Shown piece after piece: positions 17,750 through 30,814 of a stretch of DNA of 64,000 nt (position 1 is the stretch's first letter; every line of letters begins with the position of its first letter). Made by a program: the position numbers and the translations under genes. This DNA is from an uncultured Actinomycetes bacterium (GTDB lineage Bacteria > Actinomycetota > UBA4738 > HRBIN12). The stretch is from assembly GCA_963728665.1 (NCBI GenBank), contig CAVSLG010000018.1:221096-285095 (forward strand), read 5' to 3'. The notes below the pieces were generated by a model. The model was given only the letters and a program-made list of their open reading frames with translations, was not told the DNA's origin and ran no database searches.

Positions 17750-17980
17750 ATGCGAACGTGCGCGAAGATGCGATGTGATGCCGAGCCCGTGGCAACCGTC
17801 TCCCTCCGCTATGCCGAACGCGAGGTCGCGATCGGTGACCTCATCGCGGAGCGCGACCGGAACCTGCTCGACCTGTGCCGCGAGCATGTGGAGCGCCTGA
17901 CGCCGCCGGTCGGCTGGACGGTGAGCGACGCACGCGTCGTGACGATCCCGGAGACGGCACCGGCTGCCCTGGCCGTCTGA
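17750..17980 (+). CDS. DUF3499-family small Zn-binding protein
   Basis: CAKMRC...VATVSL.YA..EV.IG.L......LDLCREHVERLTPPVGW; TAGGCT 8 nt upstream (leaderless). Confidence 0.8.
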   Translation: MRTCAKMRCDAEPVATVSLRYAEREVAIGDLIAERDRNLLDLCREHVERLTPPVGWTVSDARVVTIPETAPAALAV

Positions 17981-18147
17981 CCTCACCCGGAGGTTGTCGC
18001 GTCCGTCGGTCGCTACCAGGCGGCTGTCCCCCCGATGGGGTGCGTGTGCCTGCGGCCCGGGCCACGGGAGCCGCCGCCCAGTGTGCCCAGGGAAATGACC
18101 GCAGGGTGCTATGGTCCCGAGCCCTCCCTAGAGCCGAACCTACGGGT

Positions 18148-18324
18148 ATGGAAACCGGAACCTGCCCCCAATGCCGCACCGGCGACCTCATCGCCATCTC
18201 GATGACGGTCGGCGGCCGAGACCTGTCGTTCAGCACCTGCCACCACTGCGAGGCGAAGTGGTGGTACCGCGACGGCGACGAGGTGCCGCTGGCCTCAGTG
18301 ATCGGGCTCGTCGTCGAGAAGTGA
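18148..18324 (+). CDS. Small zinc-ribbon protein, 58 aa
   Basis: CPQC...CHHC followed by WW; extended -10 TGCTATGGT at 18107-18115. Confidence 0.65.
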   Translation: METGTCPQCRTGDLIAISMTVGGRDLSFSTCHHCEAKWWYRDGDEVPLASVIGLVVEK

Positions 18325-18400
18325 TGCCCGGGGGCATCGTCCCCGTCCACCCTCGACGCCTCAGCCTGACGCCCTGCCTGTGCGCCCGTAACATGCGGGC

Positions 18401-19755
18401 GTGCCGAGCGACCTGGACCGCATCTTCAAGGCGTACGACGTCCGAGGGGTCGTACCCGACGACCTCGATGCCGACCTCGTCCGCGGGATCGGGGCGGCGT
18501 TCGCCGGATGGAGCGGGGCGCCGAGCATCGTCGTCGGCCGCGACTGCCGGCTGAGCTCGCCCGAGCTCGCGGCGGCGATCGCCGACGGGCGCCACCGCTC
18601 GCGGAGTCGATGTGGTCGACCTCGGGCTCGCCTCGACCGATCTGCTGTACTTCGCGTCCGGCTCGCTCGACATGCCCGGCATCATGCTCACGGCGAGCCA
18701 CAACCCGAAGCAGTACAACGGCATGAAGTTCTGCCTGGCGGGCGCGAAGCCCGTCGGTGAGGACACGGGCCTCCGAGAGATCCGATCGATCGTCGAGCAG
18801 GGGTCGCAGCCGCCGGTGGGTGCCCGTGGCTCGGTGCAGCATCGCGACCTGCTCGAGGACTACGTAGAGCACGTTCTGACGTTCGTCGACGTCGGAGCGA
18901 TGCGGCCGTTGACGATCGTCGCCGACACGGCGAACGGCATGGGGGGCCTGGTGGTGCCCGCCGTGATGTCGAGACTGCCCGTCACCCTCCACCACCTGTA
19001 TCCCGAGCTCGACGGCACGTTCCCGAACCACCCGGCCGACCCGATCGACCCCGAGAACCAGAAGGACCTGAAGGCCGCCGTGCTCGAGCACGGCGCCGAC
19101 ATCGGGCTCGCGTTCGACGGCGACGCCGACCGCGTGTTCCTGATCGACGAGCAGGCCCAGGACGTGAGCGGTTCCTTGCTCACGGCCCTCGTCGCGATCG
19201 CGATGCTCGAGCGGGAGCCGGGCGCCAAGATCGTGCACAACCTGATCTGCTCGTGGACCGTGCCCGAGGTGATCCGTGAGCACGGCGGCGAGCCGGTGCG
19301 CACCCGGGTCGGTCATTCGTTCATCAAGCAAGTGATGGCCGAGACCGGGGCGATCTTCGGCGGCGAGCATTCCGGGCACTACTACTTCCGAGAGAACTAC
19401 CGTGCCGACTCGGGGCTGATCGCCGCTGTGGCCGCGCTGGGGGAGCTCTCCAAGGCCGGTCGTCCGCTGTCGGAGCTGCTTGGCGCCGCTGCGTCGCTAC
19501 GCCGCCTCGGGCGAGATCAACTCGGTCGTCGACGATCAGCAGGGTCGCATCGAGGCGATCGCCTCCCACTACGCCGATGGCCGGCAGGACCGGCTCGACG
19601 GCCTGACGGTAGAGTTCGACGACTGGTGGTGCAACGTGCGCCCCTCGAACACCGAGCCGCTGCTCAGGCTGAACGCCGAAGCGCGCACCCCCGAGCTGCT
19701 GGCCGAGAAGACGGCCGAGGTGCTCGCGCTGATCCGGGGCGACGGCGACGCGTGA
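18401..19755 (+). CDS. Phosphomannomutase/phosphoglucomutase, split by two apparent 1-nt insertions
   Basis: IFKAYDVRG, TASHNP, AFDGDADR, GGEHSGHYYF and VRPSNTEPLLRLN across three frames; shifts near 18587-89 and 19479-80. Confidence 0.88.
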
Positions 19756-19783
19756 GACCTGCCCCGAACGAGAAGGAGGCCCC

Positions 19784-19997
19784 GTGACCCTCGATCCTCA
19801 GCTGCTGGAGATCCTCGTGTGCCCCAACGACCGGGGCGACCTCGACTACCGAGAGACCGATCAGGTGCTCGTCTGCACCACGTGCGGATACCGGTACCCG
19901 ATCCGCGACGACATCCCGGTGATGCTGATCGACGAGGCCGAGAAGCCGGGCCAGAAGCCGGACCAGAAGCCGGGCCAGAAGCCGGGCGGCCGAGTGA
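19784..19997 (+). CDS. Trm112-family protein, in frame with the next gene as sequenced
   Basis: LLEILVCPND.G.L...CTTCGYRYPIRDDIPVMLIDEA; an out-of-frame TGA at 19995 overlaps GTG19994. Confidence 0.8.
19941..19988 (+). repeat. 12-bp tandem repeat, four copies of AGAAGCCGG(G/A)C(C/G)
   Basis: Read directly; encodes EKPG-QKPD-QKPG-QKPG. Confidence 0.9.
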
Positions 19998-21065
19998 CGG
20001 ACCTGAACGACGTCGAGGCGCTCCGGGCGCTCGACGTGGGCGACATGCTCGGTGCGGTCGCCTCGATGCCGCGACATGCGCGTGAGGGCTACGCCGCCGG
20101 CATGACGACCGAGGGGCTGGCCTCGGCCGACGGTGTGACGGCCATCACGTTCTGCGGCATGGGGGGCTCGGCCGTCGCCGGCGATGTGCTGCGATCGCTC
20201 TATCGCGACCGGCTCTTCATGCCCGTCGACGTGAACCGGAGCCCCGCGCTCCCCGCGTACGCGGGACCGCACACGATGGTCGTCATCTCGTCGTACTCAG
20301 GCAAGACGGCGGAGACGCTCGCGTGTTTCGAGGAAGCGGTGGCACGTGGATGTCGCGTGCTGCCGATCACATCGGGGGGAACGCTGGCGGCCCGGGCCGA
20401 CGAGCTCGGGCTCGGCGTCGTACGCATCCCGGGTGGCTACCTGCCTCGGGCGGCGCTCGGCTACCTGGCGCTGTCGCTGCTCGGCGCGATCGAGGCCGTC
20501 GGGGTGTTGCCCCGGCTCGCCGACGACGTCGACGAGGCGACCGGCGAGCTCGACAGGCTCGTCGAGGCGCTCGGGCCCGACCTGCCGACGGACCGGAACG
20601 AGGCGAAGGCGCTCGCGGAACGCATCGGGCAACGTCAGCCGGTCGTGTGGGGCGCCGACGGCCTCGGCTCGGTCGCCGCCGCGCGGTGGAAGACTCAGAC
20701 TGAACGAGAACGGGAAGGTGCCCGCCTGGTCTGCCGCACTGCCCGAGCTCGACCACAACGAGGTCGTCGGGTGGTACGCGGACCGGGGCATCCCGTCGTT
20801 CGTCGTGGCGCTCCGCGACGAAGGAGAGCACCCCGACGTGGCGCTGCGCTTCCCGATCTCCCTGGAGATCGCCCGCGACGCCGGCGTGGTCACCGAAGAG
20901 GTGTGGGCGACCGGGCGCTCGGCGCTCGCGCGATTCCTTTCGCTCGTGGTCATGGGGGACTACGTGAGCTGCTACGTGGGCCTCCGACAGGGCATCGACC
21001 CGTCGCCGATCGTGTCGATCGACCGCCTCAAAGCGTTCCTCGATGAGGCGGGACGCGATGAGTGA
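19994..21065 (+). CDS. Bifunctional phosphoglucose/phosphomannose isomerase (SIS type), one apparent frameshift
   Basis: CGMGGSAVAGD, SSYSGKTAET and PRAALGY, then after an extra base near 20699 LNENGK and PELDHNEVVG. Confidence 0.85.
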
Positions 21066-21888
21066 GCTCGGGACACCGGGCCCCGGCGACGCCCTGGCCG
21101 CGCAAGCGGCGGCGGTGGTGAGGGTCGAGACCGACCTCGTGCCGCGCATCGGCCTGGTCCTGGGCTCGGGGCTCGGGCCGGCGCTCGGCGAGGCGCTCGA
21201 GGAGGCGGCGAGCTTCTCGTTCACCGATCTGCCCGGCTTCCCGCCTTCGGGGGTGCCCGGTCACGCCGGCAGGCTCGTGCTGGGGCGTCTCGCAGGGGTC
21301 CCGGTCGCTGCGTTCTTCGGCAGGGTCCACTTCTACGAGGGCCACGGCATGGACGTGCCGGCGTTGCTGCCGCGCCTGTCGAAGGAACTGGGGGCCGGGA
21401 CGATGGTGTTGACGGCGGCCGTTGGAGGACTCGTGCCCGGGGAAGCCGCGGGCACCGTCGTGATCCTGCGCGACCATCTGAACATGATGGGCGCGGCGCC
21501 GCTCCGAGGGTGGCGCTATCCCGACGGCATGCCCACGTTCATCAGCACCACGGGGGTCTACGACGAAGCCCTGCGCGACCTCGCCTTCGAACGCGCACAG
21601 GCGCTCGGCATCACGTCGTCGATCGGCGTCTACGCCGCGATGAGCGGACCGGCCTACGAGACCCCGACCGAGGTGAAGATGCTGCAGGGCGCGGGAGCGA
21701 CGGTCGTCGGCATGTCGATGGTGCCCGAGGCCCTGCCCGCGACCGCGCTCGAGATGCGCGTGCTGGGCATCTGTTCGCTCACGAACGCGTTCGGTGAGCA
21801 CGTCGAGCACGATGAGGTCGTCCGCGTGTCGAACGAGACCGCGGTGGCGGTGGGCAGGTTGCTCGTGGACCTGTTCCCGCGCATGTGA
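21058..21888 (+). CDS. Purine-nucleoside phosphorylase
   Basis: GLVLGSGLG, GHAGRLVLG, GRVHFYEG, GPAYETPTE and VGMSMVPE. Confidence 0.9.
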   Translation: MSELGTPGPGDALAAQAAAVVRVETDLVPRIGLVLGSGLGPALGEALEEAASFSFTDLPGFPPSGVPGHAGRLVLGRLAGVPVAAFFGRVHFYEGHGMDVPALLPRLSKELGAGTMVLTAAVGGLVPGEAAGTVVILRDHLNMMGAAPLRGWRYPDGMPTFISTTGVYDEALRDLAFERAQALGITSSIGVYAAMSGPAYETPTEVKMLQGAGATVVGMSMVPEALPATALEMRVLGICSLTNAFGEHVEHDEVVRVSNETAVAVGRLLVDLFPRM

Positions 21889-21901
21889 GAGGAGAGACCA
21901 G

Positions 21902-23157
<1,256 letters not shown>

Positions 23158-23160
23158 CTC

Positions 23161-23787
23161 GTGGACGGCCGGGTCTCGATCCGCGCGCACTACGAGCGGT
23201 TCCCCGCGACCCTCAAGGGCGCCTTCGTCCTGCGCGGGGAAGATGCGGACCCTCACCAGGTGCGCATCGAGGCGGCCCGGGTCGCTGAGCTTGCCGGGCG
23301 GGAGGGCCAACCGATGGGCGTCGAGCCTGTGACCCTCGACGTCGCGCCGCACCTCGATCTGTTCGTGCCCTTCGAGGTGCCGCTGCTCGATCTCGGCCCC
23401 GGGTGGTTCCGCCTTGAGCTCGACGTGACGGTCGATGGCGACGCAGGAGTGGTGCATCCGGGCGATCGGTTCGTCGTGGCGTGGCCCCGCGGCTCCATGC
23501 GACGGGGATCAGCATCGGTCGGTCGGTCGCTCGAGGCCGGCGCGACGACCGTGACGATCCAGCAGGTGGAATGCGCTCCCGATGGCGTGCGCGTGACCTA
23601 CGAGGCGCGTGCTCGCATCGGGTTCTCGGTGGCGGCCGACGACGTGGTGCTGCCCCAGATCGACGAGGAGTTCGACGATGGGTCCGGGCGAGGAACGGTG
23701 ATGACCTACCCTGCCGCGAAGAGCCAATCACGACTCGCGATCACCGCTCGCGGCGCCGAACGACCGATCGAGATCGACCTGCCCTGA
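23161..23787 (+). CDS. Hypothetical cytoplasmic protein, 208 aa, probably two beta-rich domains
   Basis: Fills the gap between ahcY and comF with typical codon usage; no motif recognised. Confidence 0.6.
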   Translation: MDGRVSIRAHYERFPATLKGAFVLRGEDADPHQVRIEAARVAELAGREGQPMGVEPVTLDVAPHLDLFVPFEVPLLDLGPGWFRLELDVTVDGDAGVVHPGDRFVVAWPRGSMRRGSASVGRSLEAGATTVTIQQVECAPDGVRVTYEARARIGFSVAADDVVLPQIDEEFDDGSGRGTVMTYPAAKSQSRLAITARGAERPIEIDLP

Positions 23788-23824
23788 GGCCCCTCGTGTC
23801 GCACCCGGGCCATATCGTGGGTCC

Positions 23825-24565
23825 GTGCTGGCTCGAGCGCTCGACGTCGTCTTCCCGCCGCGCTGTGCGGGCTGCGGTGCGCCGGCATGGCCGTTCTGCG
23901 AACGGTGCCGGCGTGGGCTCCGTGTGCTGGTGCCTCCGTGGTGCGAGCGTTGCGGCGCTCCGTCGTCGGCCGGCGAGGTGTCGAGATGCGACGAGTGCCC
24001 GCCCGAGCAGATCGCGCAGTCCCGGGCACCGTTCGCGTTCGAGGGTCCTGCCCGCGCCTCGGTGCATCACCTGAAGTACCGAGGGGTGCGCGGCGTCGGC
24101 CGATCGCTCGGCGCAGCGATGGCGACGTGCGTTCCACCGGGGGCCGACGTCGTGACGTGGGTGCCGCTGACGCGGCGGCGGAAGGCCGAGCGGGGATTCG
24201 ATCAGGCGCGAGTGCTGGCGGTCGCGGTCGGCAGGGAGACCGGGCTCCCGGTCCGACGATTGCTGCGCCGCGTCGTCTCGACCGGGCCCCAGGCCAAGCG
24301 AGATGCCGACGCGCGCCGGGCGGCGATGCGCGGGTCGTTCGCTGTCCGAGACCGTGTGGCCGTGTCTGGTCACGTGCTCCTGGTCGACGACGTGCTCACC
24401 ACCGGGGCGACCGCGGCCGCGTGCGCGGAGGTGCTGCTCGCACACGGTGCGTCGCGCGTGTCGCTGCTCGTGGCTGCCCGGGCGCTCCTGCGTACAGGAC
24501 GACCTGCCTATACTCGACCGGGCCCTCGTCCGGGTCTGTGGTTGCCCGGGGACCATCCCCGGTAG
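23825..24565 (+). CDS. comF: ComF-family protein (zinc ribbon + phosphoribosyltransferase)
   Basis: FPPRCAGC, LKYRG, VPL...R..ERGFDQA and LLVDDVLTTGAT; TATCGT 6 nt before the GTG. Confidence 0.9.
   Translation: MLARALDVVFPPRCAGCGAPAWPFCERCRRGLRVLVPPWCERCGAPSSAGEVSRCDECPPEQIAQSRAPFAFEGPARASVHHLKYRGVRGVGRSLGAAMATCVPPGADVVTWVPLTRRRKAERGFDQARVLAVAVGRETGLPVRRLLRRVVSTGPQAKRDADARRAAMRGSFAVRDRVAVSGHVLLVDDVLTTGATAAACAEVLLAHGASRVSLLVAARALLRTGRPAYTRPGPRPGLWLPGDHPR
24509..24514 (+). promoter_or_regulatory. -10 element for the raiA-motif RNA, inside the comF 3' end
   Basis: TATACT 5 nt before the 5' arm of the closing helix. Confidence 0.6.
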
Positions 24566-24756
24566 TCGACGCCAGCCGCGGGCGAAACGACCCACGTAAG
24601 GCGACCCTTGGTCGCTGAGCATGGCGCGGCTTAGATGTAAGCCCTGCCTCGCCTTCGGGCGAGAGAGGGCGGGAGTCACCGGTCTTCGCGACCGGGCGGC
24701 GAGCGCCCCTGCAGGCGGGTGTGGGGGAAAAGACCAGGTCAGCCGGTGGAGGGCCC
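24520..24756 (+). ncRNA. raiA-motif structured RNA
   Basis: Lies between comF and hpf; blocks AGUCGA.GCCAG, AAACGA.CCACGUAAG, UGAGCAUGG.GCGGCUUAGA.GUAAG.CCUGCC and GCAGGCG.GUGUGGGG..AAAGACCAGGUCA match my recollection of the consensus; closing helix GGGCCCUC/GAGGGCCC plus five internal hairpins. Confidence 0.88.
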
Positions 24757-24786
24757 ATCCGACCGAACAAGAGACGACGGAGGCGT

Positions 24787-25173
24787 ATGGATCTGACGTT
24801 CACGGGCCGAGGGCTCCCGGTCACCGACGAGGTGCGGGAGACCGCCGGTCACAAGCTCGCCTACCTGGAGCGCATGGAACCCCGTGCCACGCGCATCGAC
24901 CTCGAGTTCATCGGCGAGCACTATCCCAGCCCCGATGGCGTCAAGCGGGTCGAGGCGGCGCTGCACATCCCGCGCAAGACGTTCCGAGCGCACGCCGAGG
25001 CCGATGACGTGCCGACGGCGATCGATCGGGTGGCCGACAAGCTCGAGCGACAGCTCCGCGACCATCATGGGAAGCGCCGCGCCTGGCTGCACAAGAGCGC
25101 ACTAGAATCCGCTCACCTGAACGCCCCGGCTGCCGATACCGAAGCAGAGGGCGAGACCGAGGGGGAACGGTGA
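24787..25173 (+). CDS. raiA: Ribosome hibernation factor HPF/RaiA, short form (128 aa)
   Basis: MDLTFTGRGL.VTD.VRE....KL and AIDRVADKLERQLR; GGAGG SD; conserved comF-hpf-secA order. Confidence 0.88.
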   Translation: MDLTFTGRGLPVTDEVRETAGHKLAYLERMEPRATRIDLEFIGEHYPSPDGVKRVEAALHIPRKTFRAHAEADDVPTAIDRVADKLERQLRDHHGKRRAWLHKSALESAHLNAPAADTEAEGETEGER

Positions 25174-25856
25174 CGAAGGATGCGAGCGAGGCGCCCGAGC
25201 GACTGCGGGTGATGGTGGTCGACGACCACGCGTTGTTCCGTCGCGGGCTCGAGATGGTCCTTCAGCAGGAGCCCGACATCGAGCTGGTGGGCGAGGCGTC
25301 CGATGGCGCCGAGGCGGTCGAGCGTGCCCAGGAGACGATGCCCGACGTCGTGCTGATGGACGTGCGCATGCCCAAGCGCTCGGGCATCGAGGCAGCGGGG
25401 CAGATCAAGGACCTGCTGCCGCACTGCAAGATCCTGATGCTCACGATCAGCGACGAGGAGGGCGACCTCTACGACGCGATCAAGGCGGGCGCGAGCGGGT
25501 ACCTGCTGAAGGAGATCCCGATCGAGGAGGTCGCCGACGCGATCCGCAGCGTGTGGGCGGGCCAGTCACGCATCTCGCCGTCGATGGCGTCGAAGCTGCT
25601 GACGGAGTTCGCCGCGATGTCGAAGTCGGCCGAGGAGCAGCCGCGCATGCCGGCGCCGAAGCTCACCGATCGCGAGATGGAGGTGCTGCGGCTCGTCGCG
25701 CAGGGTCTGAACAACCGCGACATCGCCAAGCAGCTCTTCATCAGCGAGAACACGGTGAAGAACCACATCCGCAACATCCTCGAGAAGCTGCATCTGCACT
25801 CGCGCATGGAGGCGGTCGTCTACGCCGTGCGCGAGAAGATGATCGAGATCAGCTGA
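25170..25856 (+). CDS. NarL/LuxR-family response regulator, no adjacent kinase
   Basis: VVDDH, LMDVRMP, GASGYLLK and LTDRE.EVLRLVA.GL.N..IA..LFISENTVKNH. Confidence 0.93.
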   Translation: MTKDASEAPERLRVMVVDDHALFRRGLEMVLQQEPDIELVGEASDGAEAVERAQETMPDVVLMDVRMPKRSGIEAAGQIKDLLPHCKILMLTISDEEGDLYDAIKAGASGYLLKEIPIEEVADAIRSVWAGQSRISPSMASKLLTEFAAMSKSAEEQPRMPAPKLTDREMEVLRLVAQGLNNRDIAKQLFISENTVKNHIRNILEKLHLHSRMEAVVYAVREKMIEIS

Positions 25857-25858
25857 GC

Positions 25859-26325
25859 GTGGCCGACCCGACGATCGAGGCCGCCCGCGGACATCCTGGG
25901 CGACTCGCTCGCCGAGCTGCGGAAGGCCGTCGAGGGCTGCTCGGCCGAGGAGCTGAACCGCCGGCCCGCCGACGACGACACGAACCCGCTCGCCGTGCTC
26001 GTGACCCACGCGATGCACAGCACCCGGTCGTGGCTGAGCCTCGCGACGGGCGCACCGCTGCCCGAGCGCGACCGGCCGGCCGAGTTCCTGGTCGTGGTCG
26101 ACGACCCGGAAGCGTTCATCGGGTGGTTCGACGCGATGCGCCGCGGAGTGCCGGGCGCTGCTCGAGGGTGACGTCGCCTTCGACCCGGGCGCGACCGGCA
26201 CGGCGCCGTGGCGCACCGTACGGCTCCGACGAGCCCGTGACCGCGGCCTGGGCGCTGCTGCACGCGCTGGAGCATCTGCGCGAGCACGTGGGCCATGCCC
26301 AGCTCACCCGTCAGCTTCCTCGTAG
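25859..26325 (+). CDS. DinB/DUF664-like protein, frameshifted; end approximate
   Basis: Stitched reading LNRRP....TNPLAVLVTHAM and LLHALEHLREHVGHAQLTRQL. Confidence 0.55.
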
Positions 26326-26350
26326 CCGAGCGCTCCGATACGCTGGCGAC

Positions 26351-28001
26351 ATGAGCGGCATCGGCTCGCACCGTGGCTCGCGCGATCGTCGAATGCCTCG
26401 AGAACGAGGGCGTCGAGATCGTCTTCGGGCTCCCCGGCGAGGAGAACCTGCACACGATCGACGCGCTCGCCGACAGCTCGATCCGCTTCGTCACCACCCG
26501 GGATGAGCGCGGCGCCGCGTTCATGGCCGACACGTACGGCGCGCTCACCGGCAGGCCCGGCGTCTGCCTGGCGACCCTCGGTCCCGGCGCGATCAACCTG
26601 ATGCTCGGGGTCGCGAACGCCCAGCTCGACTCGCATCCGCTGGTCGCGCTCGTCGCGCAGGCGAGCCTCGATCGGATCTACAAGGAGTCGCACCAGTTCG
26701 TCGACCTCGTCTCGCTCTTCCGCCCGATCACGAAGTGGGGCGACATGGTCACGGTGCGCGTCGCCGCGCCGGAGATGGTGCGCAAGGCCTTCAAGCAGGC
26801 CACGACCGAGCCGCCCGGCGCAACGTTCATCGTGCTTCCCGAGGACGTCGCCGAACGGGCGACCGATGCCCGGGTGCTCCCCGTGAACACGCCGGTCGAT
26901 CCCTCGCCCGACGAGAACCAGGTCCGGCGGGCGGCTCAGGTGCTCGCGAGCGCGAAGCACCCGGTCGTGCTCGCAGGCCCGGGGGTGGCGCGCGACGGCG
27001 CGGCCGAGGCGTTGATCCGCTTCAGCGAACGTCTCAACCTTCCCGTTGCGACGACCTTCCTCGGCAAGGGGGTGTTCCCCGATAGCCACCCGAACGCGCT
27101 CGGCACGATCGGATTCATGGTGAAGGACTACGCGAACTTCGGGTTCGACCGAGCCGACGTGGTGGTGGCCGTCGGCTACGACCTCGTCGAGTACTCACCC
27201 GTGCGATGGAACCCGATGGCCGACAAGCAGATCGTGCACGTGCATCGCACGGTGGCCGAGGTCGATGCTCACTACACGCTCGCCGTCGGGTTGCAAGGCA
27301 GCATCGGCGAGACGCTCGACGCGATCGGCGAGTCCAGCATCGTGCAACAGCTCCGAGGAGAGATCTTCCCGGTGCGCGATCTCGTGCGGGAAGAGCTCGA
27401 GCGAGGCGCGGCCGACGACACGTTCCCGATGGCTCCCGCCCGCGTGGTCTCCGACATCAGATCGGTGCTCGAGGACGACGACATCGTGCTGTGCGACACG
27501 GGCGCGGTGAAGATGTGGATGGCGCGCCTGTACCCGACGCACCGACCGGGCACCTGCCTGGTCTCGAACGGCCTCGCGACGATGGCGTTCTCCCTGCCCG
27601 GTGCGATCGCCGCGAAGCTCGTGCATCCCGACCGGAAGGTGCTGGCGGCGATGGGGGACGGGGCCTTCGCGATGAGCATGGCCGAGATCGAGACCGCGGT
27701 GCGCGAGGGCGTGCACATCGTCGTGCTCGTGTGGGTCGACGGCGGGTACGGCCTCATCGGCTGGAAGCAGGACATCCACTTCGGACGGCGGGCGGCCGTC
27801 TCGTTCACGAATCCCGACTTCGTGAAGCTCGCGGAGAGCTTCGGAGCCATGGGCTACGAGATCGGCTCGGCGGACGAGTTGGCGCCGACGCTGCGCAAGG
27901 CGTTCGACGACGACGCCGTCTCGATCGTGGCCTGCCCGGTCGACTACGCCGAGAACGGGCGGTTGATCGAGCGACTCGGCGCGCTGACCGACCCGATCTG
28001 A
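26351..28001 (+). CDS. Acetolactate synthase large subunit / ThDP-dependent enzyme
   Basis: VFGLPGEEN, RDERGAAFMA, TLGPGA.N and GDGAF...N; leaderless ATG26351 joins the main frame by one indel near 26368 (in-frame GTG at 26373). Confidence 0.88.
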
Positions 28002-28084
28002 GCACCCCCAGCGGGAGCGAGAACCCCGGGGCCGATAGAATCGAACCCTGACCGTCCGACCCCCACGGCGCCGAAGGGACCCAC

Positions 28085-30805
<2,721 letters not shown>

Positions 30806-30814
30806 CCGACGTCC

